A stretch of DNA of 64,000 nucleotides from Dendrobates tinctorius (taxonomy: Eukaryota): contig NW_027362062.1 of the NCBI RefSeq assembly GCF_039654945.1, forward strand, positions 2,852,001 to 2,916,000. Reading direction: 5' to 3'. The number at the start of each line of letters is the position of its first letter. Position 1 is the stretch's first letter. The translations under genes were made by a program, and so were the position numbers. Of the stretch, positions 51,561 through 63,000 are shown piece by piece. The notes under the pieces were generated by a model. It was given only the letters and a program-made list of their open reading frames with translations, made no database searches and was not told where the DNA came from.

Positions 51561-54500
51561 TGATAATTATGATAAATTTCCTATTGATCTCCAGAAAAGG
51601 GTATGTGGTCTTAGTATCACTGATGATTGCATAATTAAACTTCTGCTACGTCTTAGAGTCAGTCGATTTTCCTTATTCACATCAGGCGTGTGTAGACCAT
51701 AATTCACAGACCGGCGGCTGGTCTCCTGACCCAAACTTGTCAGCTTCATAGGCATGTAAGGGGTTGTCAAGTTCAGGTCACGGAACCAGGGGTTGGTCCA
51801 TGAATCATGATCTGCACAGATGATGTGTATATACGAGTCATCAACCAATTATAAGACCGAACTTGAATCATGCGATCAACAGTGATCCAAATAACACCTG
51901 GAATATAAGAAAATCTGGAAGTTTAAGAAAGAAGTGTCTATGAATTAAAGGACACCTTAGAGGACAATTGTTCTCATTTTAAAATTTAAAACTGGAAAAA
52001 AAAAAGTTTTCTTTCACATTTTTGGGCTAAAAAAGAATGTTTGCAATTGGATTTAATTAAAACTTTTACACCATTTTTTCTTTTTTATAGGCTTGCCAGC
52101 AGAATGAGTTAACTGATAATCTGTCAGTGAGATCATGCTTTCAGTGTTTGTAATTCTACCATTTGTCGTTTTTTTTTCTGAACTCCTCTGTGCTGATTTA
52201 TCAAATCGAAGAAGAACTGAACAATTGTGGTCAAAGTCGGCTAAAAGTTAAAACTCTTTAAGAAAGATACTAACTCAATTAGCTCAATCGGGAGCCAGCG
52301 ACATGTAGAAAAAAAGAGCATGTAAAAGCCAAATGGTGCAAAACTTTTATTAAAACCCCATTGCAAAACTTAATCACCCCTCCTAGAAAAATAAAAATTC
52401 TAATTTATGTGATTCAGAATATTATTTTTTTTATTAGTATTCTTATTTTGCGCTGGTACAAGCTGTAATGATTCCTCGGTTTGTTAATAAGACATTGAGC
52501 AGAGTTACTGAGCTGTGATTTTTGCTTAGTCAGAGACCTATGTAACTGGATCTTGAGTGGAGAGAAAGGGACCCAACTGTTGGGCGTCCTAAGGTTAGGT
52601 GTAATGATACTTATTGAAACTCCCTTAGTAGATATGATACGAGATTCATCCGCGTCTCCAGCTATTGTCAGTAATCGCTCTGGATTCCTTTCCTCTTGCG
52701 TGAAAGAATTTCAATGGCACAAGGTCCAAGTGCAGAGTTCTAGCGGTGCATCCTGTAATTCCAGCCAGAACAAAGGAGTTGTGGGGCCTTTCAGTAACGT
52801 GAGAAGACGTCTTCTGGCTGGAAAAAAAGGCAAAAAAAAAACGTATTTGTGGACTCGGGTAGAGTATGTGGAGCTGAGAAGAGGCCATTTCCAACGAGAG
52901 GGAGCACAAAGACTGGCCATTCTCATAAGGATTTGGGACCATCTAACATCTTCTTGTTGGGTGAAAACTTTGGGAAGGGGACGGAATGAAGCACTTCACC
53001 TGGTCTAACCTGAGGACGGTAGCGGGCGTCTGTGTATTTTTGGGGGTATGCGTCACCATTGCTACACTCTGTCTGACGCTGGGAAAACCTCGTCGAAAAG
53101 GTACGGAATCAGCATCACCTTTATAGTAATAGACGGTATCACCGAAAAATCTTCTAAAATCTAAGCTGGATCCCATCACCTTGTAGAAATGGTTTAATAT
53201 ATTAATACAACTAAATGATATGTTCTCGGAATATTTTCTGATATGACAGAATCTGAAATCAGTAGAAGTGGAATTTCACATGACCCCTTTATGGAAAATG
53301 TTTGGCCAACTAAAAAAAAAAAAAAACTGACGTCCAACCAAAATGTTTTCAATAATTTCTATACTACTATTTTGCCTAATTATGATGTCGCATTATATAC
53401 GGTATTTTTGCTTGCATGGAACATTTTGATAAAGTGGCTTATATATTTTTTTCCATTTCCTGCCTAATATTGGCTGCATTTTACAGTCGCATAACCGTAT
53501 TTTGGGTTATTAGAATTTTAATCTTTTTTTTTTCATTATTGCATCTCATGCCATATTATCACACTATTTTGTTGTATAGGACACTTTTTGCATCTGCTTC
53601 AATTAATTCATTAATCAAAATTTGGAGCTTTTTTTTCAAGAAGAAATTGACCTGTTGTTTCTTGTTCCAAGCGTAAGAAAAAAAAGCAGCATTTGCACTG
53701 TAGACATGTATTCCCATAAGGATCAATAAAAGCATATAAGAACGTTATCCACGTTAAAAAAATGTCTAAAAATTAAGGTATTGATCTCTTGTTTTTTTTG
53801 CAAGGATTTTGAAATGGGTCCAATTCAAAATTCTCATGAAAAAATTCCTAAACTACGTCCAATGATAAATCCACATTGCTGTTTATACAGATGCATTGCG
53901 ATTCTTTAATACTCAAAACTACATTTGGACTTGAATATTCCAAAATGTGCTGATGTCTAAAAACATATGTTGTAAGGATGACAATTCAGATGAGAAATCA
54001 TCTGGATTTTTTACTGGATGAAAATTGGGGAAAAAAAATGTATACTTTTGTGGGGTTTTTTTGCAGGAGAAACTTAACTCCTTCACGACCGCCAATACGC
54101 CTTTTAACCCTATCACAGTGATCAAAATTAAAAAAATAGTAAATAACCCCCCCCCTTTATCACCCCCTTAGATAGGGAAATATAATGAAATAAAGAAAAT
54201 ATATTTATTTTCATTTTTCCATTAGAATTAATGTAGTGAATTCTCTCTCTGGCTACCCTCTGGTGATTACTGAAGGTAGTGAAGCTGGTCAGATTGACAG
54301 AGGGGTTGCGAGTTCTCTTTCTGGGCTCCCTCTGGTGGTTACTGGAGGTAGTGGAGCTGATCTGATTGACAGAGGCTTGCCACCTGATAATGAGGAGGAC
54401 GATTGGAGATCTGGGGTTTCTGATTGGGATTTAAGACAGCTGACTCCCTCTATCCCTCCGCTGGTGATTTTCTTCCTGTGCCTTCTGAGGTCTGATGTCT

Positions 54501-56055
54501 CCTGCTCTGTCCCTGCATGGTTCAGCTAAGTGTTTTTTTTGCTATTCTGTTTGCATTTGATCTGGTTTTGTCTATCTCTGCTTTGTGCGTGTCAGCTAGC
54601 TCCGGCTGGGGCTGTGCTGAAACACCGCCCATATGTTACTGCTTGTGCCAGTTTGTTTTGTCCCCTGTTATATTGGTCTCTTTTTGCTTTGCTTTCAGTA
54701 TATACCAGAGTGCTGATATAGTGGGGGCGAAGTCGTGCGACTTCAGTGTTTTTTATGCATCAGACGTGTTGGACTTTTTGCAGGGTTTTTTGCGTGATTG
54801 CAGACAGTGTCTTTCCTTTCCTGTACTGTCTAGTGTTAGGGCTGGCGGAACGCACCAGATTATATAATAGTAGAGAGTGCGTTCACAGCCCGGGGTCCAC
54901 CGTGCAGAGGTGGTACACTGCTGCTAGGTAATGGCGAAAGGGAAGAGCGGCGTGAAAACAGTCACACATGGGTTACGTCACCCAGTGTGAACAGGAGCGG
55001 ATTCTGTTACTTTACAGAACCGCACAGCCGCTTGAAAGTGAATGCCGGAGCCTGTTTAGCTCACAGAGCCCGGCCACAGAGCACACAGCAAACAGTCACA
55101 GAACTCCACCCCAAGGCACAGAGTTAGAGTCCTCCTAGGCCAATGAGCGTGTGGCGTCGCTGCCACGAACGCCGCTATAGACGCTGGCTAAGGAGTGCGG
55201 AGCACTTGCTCTGAGGCATGCCGAGTCACTGATCGTGACTAATATCTGACTCAACTCTGTCCTACCAATGCCTAAGCCTGGGCGCTAGCAGGCTAGGCTG
55301 CACAACACAAGCGTACCAAGGGTAGGGGTTTCATAATGAGGCAGTCACCAGAGACATTCATACGTGCATTCATCACTCACTCCTTATAGTCAGAAAATAC
55401 TGGCTATCCTAGCGCATGACCGAGCGGCCATGCGAACCTTTTATAGCCGCGAGCGTCCGGGACCTTCCTGGCTTCTCGGATGGGCCAATCCGAACACGAG
55501 CAGGAACTGAGCACGTGACCTTCGATCTCCAATGGGAGGTCACACCACGGGCATGCTCAGTGGCCCGACATGAGGACTTAGTCCCTGGAGAATCTCGCTG
55601 CTGAGCAGCATGCATTGCCATAGCTGTGCCAGAGGTGGCAGCAGCAAGCAAACCCACGGAGCTGGTCTGGGCAGAGCCCTGGGACCGACGAGTTTGCTGA
55701 GCAAGCCCCTCTGCGGCTGGAGAGGAATGGGAGACCGCCGTAAGTAAGGCTCGGGATTCTCGCTGTGCAGCGACAGAAATCCGACGCCTAACATTACCCC
55801 CCCTCCTAGGGCCCCCTCCCCTCTGAGCCTCACTCCGCTCAAACTCTGCAATTAGAAGAGGAGCGTGGATGTTCTCCACTGGCTCCCAGGTCCGAGCCTC
55901 TGGACCATGACCCTTCCAATCCACCAAGTAAAACTTTCTGCCCTGCATCACCTTGCATCCCACAATGGCATTGACCTCAAACTCGTCAGACGACAGGTCT
56001 GATGTCCTGGCAGATGGCTCAGAAAACCGGGACATGTGAACCGGCTTAAGGAGAG

Positions 56056-56421
56056 TCCTCTTCCACTCTGAAGAGACAGTTTGCATAATTAGCATATTTC
56101 CCAGAGGAGCATTGCGGCTTTAAGTCTCCTCACCTCGACATGCTTAGCATGCCATTCTCCGCAAGGAGAAATGATACTTCTTGGATATCGGTCAGACACC
56201 TCTCTCACAGCCAAACCAGATCTTCTCCCACTTTGCACTGATGAGGGGCAGTACCCCGAAACACAGTGTCTGCAAATGGAGATACTGGCTTGGCTTTTAT
56301 CCTAAGTCATGTAACTAGGCTCGTTAAAGGGTCAACATTGACTTTTAGGATTGCTACCTCCAATAGGTGGCACTAGAGTTCTAGTCCTCTTCCTCTCTGA
56401 AGAGACAATTTGCATAATTGA
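56056..56421 (+). mobile_element. Hammerhead-containing retrozyme (satellite-2-like), copy 2: one 329-bp monomer plus a 35-bp terminal redundancy
   Basis: Direct repeats at 56056-56090 and 56385-56419; 11-bp TSD CTTAAGGAGAG (56045-56055 and 56422-56432); removing the insert restores Gypsy integrase FHVSLLKPVH. Confidence 0.9.
56232..56276 (+). ncRNA. Type I hammerhead ribozyme; predicted cleavage after GUC at 56270
   Basis: CTGATGA at 56238-56244, stem II GGGG/CCCC, GAAA at 56258-56261, stem III CAC/GTG, stem I TTTGCA/TGCAAA extended by TCTCC/GGAGA, CCAG/CTGG and AGCCAA/TTGGCT. Confidence 0.9.
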
Positions 56422-58715
56422 CTTAAGGAGAGACACATGAAACGTGTCTGAGATAGCCAAATGTGGTGGAAGGGCCAGACGTTAGACCACAGGGTTAACC
56501 TGCTCGAGGACCTTGAAAGGGCCAATATAGCGCGGTGCGAACTTAGCGGATTCCACCCGCAGCCTCATGTTTCGAGCAGAGAGCCACACTAAGTCGCCAG
56601 GAGCGAAGGTCAGAGCAGGGCGCCGGCGAGAATCAGCGGAGGACCTCATTCTCTCCTTGGAGGCCCGGATAGCATTCTGCGTGTGATCCCAAATGTCACG
56701 TGCCTCCACCACCCAGTCTGCCACCCTAGAGTCGGTGGACGACACGGGCATGGGCACGGGGACGCGCGGATGCTGACTGTAATTTAAGAGGAATGGGGTC
56801 TGACCGGTGGAGTCGGCCACAGCGTTGTTTAAGGCGAACTCCGCCCATGGCAGCAAGGATGCCCAATCATCCTGCCTGGCCGAGACAAAATGTCGCAGAT
56901 ATGTCACCAGGGTCTGGTTGGCTCTCTCAACCAACCCATTCGTCTCGGGATGATAGGCCGAGGATTTAGCTCAATGCCGAGTAGAGAACAGAGCTCTCTC
57001 CAGAACCGAGACGCAAACTGAGGACCCCGGTCGCTGATAATTTTATCTGGCATGCCGTGCAGGCGGAAAACATGTTTAATAAACAACGCTGCCAGACCCC
57101 ATGCCAATGGTACCCGAGAGAGTGGTACCAGATGCACCATCTTGGAGAAATGATCGGTGACCACCCAAATGACATTGCTACCACTGGACTTGGGCAGACC
57201 CACCACAAAGTCCATACCGACCATCTCCCAGGGCATGTCCGCAACTGGCAGAGGATAGAGTAACCCAGCGGGCCGCTGCCGAGAGGACCGATTCTGGGCA
57301 CAAGAGACGCACGCCTGAATATAGTCCCTGACATCACGGGCCATATGCAGCCACCAGTACGTCCTCGCCTGGAGTTCAGAGGTCCATTTGATCCCAAAAT
57401 GGCCACAAACCCTGGACGAATGGGCCCAAGAGAGGACCTCCGGTCGCAGATGGGCAGGAACTAAAGTCTTGCCCGGAGGTACAGACTCGAGAGCAACCGG
57501 AGCCACAGTCCTCAGGCTCTCTGATGGGACTATCAACCGAGGCTCCTCCTCCCCCGATGACACCACGGAGCGGGAAAGAGCATCGGCCCGGACGTTCTTC
57601 TACCCAGAGAGAAAATGCAGCGCAAAATGGAATCGGGAGGAGAACAAGGACCATCTGGCCTGGCGAGAATTCAGCCGCTGGGCTGTCTGTAAATAGACCA
57701 AATTTTTGTGGTCGGGGAACACCTGGAATGGGTGGCGAGCCCCCTCCAGGAGGTGTCTCCACTCTGAGAAGGTCAGCTTCATTGCTAGCAACTCCCTGTC
57801 CCCGATGGAATAATTCCTCTCCGCCGGTGTGAAGGTCTTAGAGAAGAAGAAGCATGGGTGCTTCCGACCTTGCGAGTCCTTCTGAAAAAGGACCGCTCCA
57901 TCTCCAGGATGAAGGGCTTATCTACATCAGGACAATGTAGAATGGGAGCGCTAGCGAAGTGGGACTTAATGGAGGCGAAGGCCTTGGAGACAGTCTCCGA
58001 CCACAGTTTGGGATTTGCACCCTTCTTGGTGAGGGCAACCAAGGGCGCGACCAAAGTTGAGAAATGGGGAATGAATTGGCGATAGTAATTTATGAACCCC
58101 ATAAAGCGCTGCACCGCTTTGGGGGTTCCTGCCAATCCATCACTGCCCGTAGCTTGGCAGGATCCATGTCCAAACCCTGGGCTGAGATGATGTAGCCCAG
58201 GAAAGGCAAGGACTCCTGCTCAAACACACATTTCTCCAATTTGGCATAAAGAGAGTTGGCCCGCAGGAGATCGAAAACTTTGCGAACGTCTCTCCGGTGG
58301 GAGTCAATATCTGGAGAGTAAATGAGAATATCATCCAGATAGACTACTACCGAGGTGGTAAGCATATCCCGGAAGATGTCGTTCACAAACTCTTGGAAGA
58401 CGGCTGGCGCGTTACATAGCCCGAAGGACATCACTAGGTATTCATAGTGCCCGTCTCTGGTGTTAAAAGCCATCTTCCATTCATCCCCCTCACGGATGCG
58501 AATCAGGTTATAGGCTCCCCACAGATCGAGCTTAGTAAACACTCTCGCTCCCCGTAGCCTATCAAGCAGTTCCGATATCAGGGGCAAAGGATACTTGTTC
58601 TTAACAGTTATAGCGTTAAGACCCCTGTAATCGATGCATGGACGTAATTCTCCATTCTTCTTTTGGACAATGAAGAATCCCGCACCCGCCGGAGACACCG
58701 ACTTCCTAATGAATC

Positions 58716-59420
58716 TGTCAGAGACACCGCACTACACTCGCTCACAGAGCCAGTGCGCGTGTCCTGAGTACAGAAACAGTGCTAAAAGATACCTGTGGAG
58801 CAGGGCAGCAGAGGTGACAATGCGTGCTTCAAACTATTAGTGTAAGGGTCCAGTCAGCGCTGAAAAAGTAAAGAGGCACAGGACGTGCGGACACTGAAGT
58901 TAGCAAGCTGGCACAGGACCTATGGTCAGGTGACTGCAAGGAGGCGTGGCTTAGCATCCTGCTTTCAGATATGACAGGACACCATACAACAACTCAGAGT
59001 CAGGCAAAATGGAGGTCACAACAGTACGGGCAAACGAGGCACAGGAGGGACAAACAGACGGGTAGTCAGACAAAGCCAAAGGTCATACACAAGAGGGCGA
59101 CGTGGTACCAAGGGGACGAGCAGAGAGAAGTCGGGTCACAAGCAGAGAGTCATACACGAGAGGTAGCGCAGTACAAGAGGGGCAGGCAGAACTCGTAACA
59201 GGGACAGAACCGGATCAAAACCAAACAAGCAAGATATAAGGCACAAGGCACACGTACGCACAAGGTCAACTAACTCAGCCGAGGGCAGGAGTATAACTGA
59301 CACCGGACCTAGGTCCAGTGAGCATTAAATAGCCGCCCTCTGCCAGAGAGAGAGGCGGAACAATTAACCCCCAGTCTGATCAGGACGGGCCAAAGCGAAA
59401 CCCCATCCTGGATCATGACA
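58716..59420 (-). mobile_element. Solo LTR (705 bp) inserted in the Gypsy B RT
   Basis: TGTCA..TGACA ends, TSD GAATC; splits RGF|[13 protein letters not shown]. Confidence 0.9.
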
Positions 59421-60092
59421 GAATCCTCTTGCCAGATTCTCCCTGATATACTGAGACATGGCCTCTGTCTCTGGGAGAGATAGTGGATATACTCGACCCC
59501 GGGGAGGCTCAGCACCGGGCAAGAGGTCAATAGGACAGGCGTATGGGCGGTGCGGTGGAAGGGTCTCTGCCGCCTTCTTGGAGAATACGTCTGCATACTG
59601 TCGATATGGCTTGGGAAGCGAGGAGAGATCTGCAGGAACCTCAGAAGTGGCGACCTGTACGCAGTCCCTCAGACACCTACCCTCGCAGGCCTTGCTCCAA
59701 CTGAGGATTTTTCCCGAAGACCACGCTATATGGGGAGAGTGAGATCGCAACCAGGGAACCCCTAGGAGGACCTGGTCGATCCCTTTGGGCATAACAAGGA
59801 GAGACAGCATCTCCTGATGAGAAGGAGACAAAGAGTCTCAGTGGAGCCGTCTGGTGGGTGACTTGGGACGGGAGTGTCGCCCCATTCACCACTCTGATGG
59901 TGACTGGTTGAGGTAGCAAGACCAGGGGGACTGCGTGTTGTTGAGCGAAGGCAGATGACATGAAATTGCCCTCCGCCCCTGATTCCACACAAACCTCTAC
60001 CATCAGAGTGGAGGAATTAAATTCTAATGCCCCTTTAAACAGGAGCTTGGAGGAGAAAGTCGCGGTGTCTAGTAGGACCCCTCCGATAACCA

Positions 60093-60980
60093 CTAGACGG
60101 GAGCGTTTCCCAAGCGCTGTGGGCACTGGTTAGCAAGATGCCCAGTCTGCCGACAGCGGAAGCAGACTGGAGGTACCCGCGCAGACCGGGTCCTGGACCC
60201 CGTGCGGGACACCTCCATGGCCTCTGGGGGCTCGGGAGGCTGACCGGAAGGTTCCAGAGGTCTCGCGAAATTTGAAGCCAACTTATAACGTTGGCGGGAC
60301 CTGGAATGCTCCAGCCCTCGCTCCGTGAAGCGAATGTCTATTCGGGTAGCGATCGTAATGAGCTCCTCTAAAGTGGTGGGCACCTCCCTGGTGGCCAGGG
60401 CGTCTTTGACGTGATCAGCCAGGCCTCTCCAGAATATGGGTATGAGAACCTTATCTGGCCACTCCAACTCCGAGACCAGAGTTCTGAAGAGGATGGCATA
60501 CTGGCTGACCAACGACACACCCTGTGTCAGAGCCAGCAACTGAAGTGCGGAGTCGTGCGTGACCCGAGGACCCAGGAACACCTGCTTCAGAGTGACCACG
60601 AAATGGGTGGCACTCTGTACCAGGGGATCCCCGCACTCCCACAGCGGGGTGGCCCACTCCAGGGCCCTGCCCGACAGGAGGGAGGTGATAAACCCCACCT
60701 TGGCCCGCTCGGAGGGGAATCGTGTGGCCAGCAACTCCAGGTGAATGGAGCACTGACTCACGAAACCCCTGCATGAAGTACTATCGCCCGAGAACTTATC
60801 AGGCAGCGGGAGGCGGGACAAGGTCGGGGCAGGACTGGCTGTGGAGACACGGGTGACAGTCTCTGTAGCTGCTTGGACGGCGATCGAAGTAACATCCGCA
60901 GCTGAGGTGGAACGCTCTAGCGCTGCCAACCTACCCTCCAGCTGCTGGATGTATCTATGCAGTCGCTCTTCGTCCGCCAT
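60093..60980 (-). CDS. Gypsy B Gag (PEG10/RTL1-like capsid with CCHC zinc knuckle)
   Basis: 295 aa intact ORF: LPDKFSGD..CRGFVSQC, LLSGRALEWA, CFRCRQTGHLANQC. Confidence 0.92.
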   Translation of the reverse strand: MADEERLHRYIQQLEGRLAALERSTSAADVTSIAVQAATETVTRVSTASPAPTLSRLPLPDKFSGDSTSCRGFVSQCSIHLELLATRFPSERAKVGFITSLLSGRALEWATPLWECGDPLVQSATHFVVTLKQVFLGPRVTHDSALQLLALTQGVSLVSQYAILFRTLVSELEWPDKVLIPIFWRGLADHVKDALATREVPTTLEELITIATRIDIRFTERGLEHSRSRQRYKLASNFARPLEPSGQPPEPPEAMEVSRTGSRTRSARVPPVCFRCRQTGHLANQCPQRLGNAPV

Positions 60981-62343
60981 TACTAGCCAGACCCTGGCGC
61001 TAGGATAATGCTAGGGCTGGTGGAATGCACCAGATTATAAAATAGTAGAGAGTGCGTTTGCAGCCCAGGGTCCACCATGCAGAGGTGGTACACTGCTGCT
61101 AGGTAATGGCGGAAGGGAAGAGCGGCGTGAATACAGTCACACGTGGGTTACGCACCCAGTGTGAACAGGAGCGGATTCTGTTACTTCACAGAACCGCACA
61201 GCCGCTTGAAAGTGAATGCCGGAGCCTGTTTAGCTCACAGAGCCCGGCTACAGAGCGCACAGCAAACAGCCACAGAACTGCACCCCAAGGCACGGGGATA
61301 GAGTCCTTCTAGGCCACTGAGCGCGCGGCGTCGCTGCCACGAATGCCGCTATAGACGCTGGCTAAGGAGTGCGGAGCATTTGCTCTGAAGCGTGCCGAGT
61401 CACTGATAGTGACTAATATCTGACTCAACTCTGTCCTACCTACGCCTAAGCATTGGGCGCTAGCAGGCTAGGCTGCACAACACATTCGTACCAAGGGTAG
61501 GGGTTTCATAATGAGTCAGTCACCAGAGACATTCATACGTGCATCCATCACTCACTCCTTATAGTCAGAAAATACTGGCTCTCTTAGCGCATGGCCGAGC
61601 GGCCATGCAAATCTTTTATAGCCGCGAGCGTCCGGGACATTCCTGGCTTCTTGGATGGGCCAATCCGAACACGAGCAGGACCTGAGCACGTGACCTTCGA
61701 TCTCCAATGGGAGATCACACCACGGGCATGTTCAGTGGCCCGACATGAGGACTTAGTCCCTGGAGAATCTCGCTGCTGAAGAGCATGTATTGCCGTAGCT
61801 GTGCCAGAGGTAGCAGCAGCAAGCAAACCCATGGAGCTGGTCTGGGCAGAGCCCTGGGACCGACGAGTTTGCTGAGCAAGCTCTTCTGCGGCTGGAGAGG
61901 AATGGGAGACCGCTGGAAGTAAGGCTCGGGATTCTCGCTGTGCAGTGACAGAAATCTGACGCCTAACATCTAGTCAGTGTGGGCCCCATCATTTGCGCAG
62001 TCTATTTTTCTGCCTGCGTATGTGTTTTCATCTTGTCTCACCGACAGTATATGTTTGGGGGCTATCTATTCCTTTGGGGTCTGCTCCGGGGCAGTTTAGA
62101 TTTTCCCTTTCTTGCTTTAGGCTTAGTTAGCTCTCCGGCTGTGCCGAGGCATCAAGGATCATCGTAGGTACGCTCCATGGCTACTGCTAGTTGTGTGGAT
62201 AGGATCAGGGGTCTGCAATCCACTTAGTTACCAACCTCTCTGGTTTTCTGTGGCTTCACCTGGTTGGAGCTAGAATTGAGGGGTTTCCACTATTCAGGCA
62301 CATCAGGGGGTCTCCAAACACGACATCGCGCCACTATTGATTC

Positions 62344-62996
62344 TGTCATGGTTAGGACATGGTTAATGTCCTGTTCTGACAGGGTTAACATTGCCGGCCT
62401 CTCTTTGGATCTGGGAGGGGTATTTATGCTCACTCCATACTGGCATTCTCTGTCAGTTATACTGCTGTTCTGGTGTGTCTGACCCCTGGTGTGTGTGTAC
62501 TCTGCATTGTTTGTTTGCGTCCCGTGTATGACCCGGCTTGTTCCCTCACTCTGTACTCCGTTTCTCGTTTTGGCACTATTGTCTTCTCCGGTTCTGACCT
62601 CCTGGCTTGGCTATCGTTACTCCGTTACAGTTTGTCCCTATTGTACAGTCTAATACCTGTTCTGGTTTTCTGACCTATTGCTACGTCCTGACTATTCTTT
62701 CTGTCTAAGCCCTTTGGTACTGTCCTGCTATCTCGTGCTTTGACCCGGCTTGATCTGGTTTCTGTCTCTGTCTATGCTCCTTGGTAACATTGTCCTGTAG
62801 TTACCCTTCTAGGAGTTTCCCTGCAGCTCCTAGCTCTGTGGAGCTTAGGCCACGCCCCCAGCAGTCACGTGATTCAGGTCCTGGAGCATGCATTGTCACC
62901 ACTGCTGCTCGCTCCGCAGGTATCTTTGTGCACAGTCTTTGTACTCAGGACACGTGCCCTGGCTCAGTGAGCAAGTGCAGTGCGGTGTTCCTGACA
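62344..62996 (+). mobile_element. Solo LTR (653 bp)
   Basis: TGTCATG..CTGACA ends, TSD GATTC; 3' part homologous to 23484-24117. Confidence 0.88.
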
Positions 62997-63000
62997 GATT

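Larger units (their letters stand above)
55800..60104 (-). pseudogene. Gypsy B pol (PR, RT, RNase H, integrase, chromodomain), frameshifted and interrupted by two insertions
   Basis: VESGAEGNF (protease Asp replaced by Glu), [52 protein letters not shown]. Confidence 0.9.
54834..61968 (-). mobile_element. Full-length but defective Ty3/Gypsy chromovirus B (Tf1/sushi-like)
   Basis: 960-bp LTRs at 54834-55793 and 61009-61968, TSD TCTAG, PPT at ~55797-55822, gag followed by PR-RT-RH-IN-chromodomain with several frameshifts. Confidence 0.96.
54232..62260 (+). mobile_element. Older LTR-like relic split by Gypsy B (pieces ~54232-54833 and ~61974-62260)
   Basis: TGTAGTGAATTC start, T-rich U5-like text continuing on both sides of the TCTAG TSD; right end not defined. 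Confidence 0.5.

Noticed and set aside
52380-53200. Possible N-terminal part of the Penelope element
   Set aside because: Manual translation gave no diagnostic motif; a profile search is needed.
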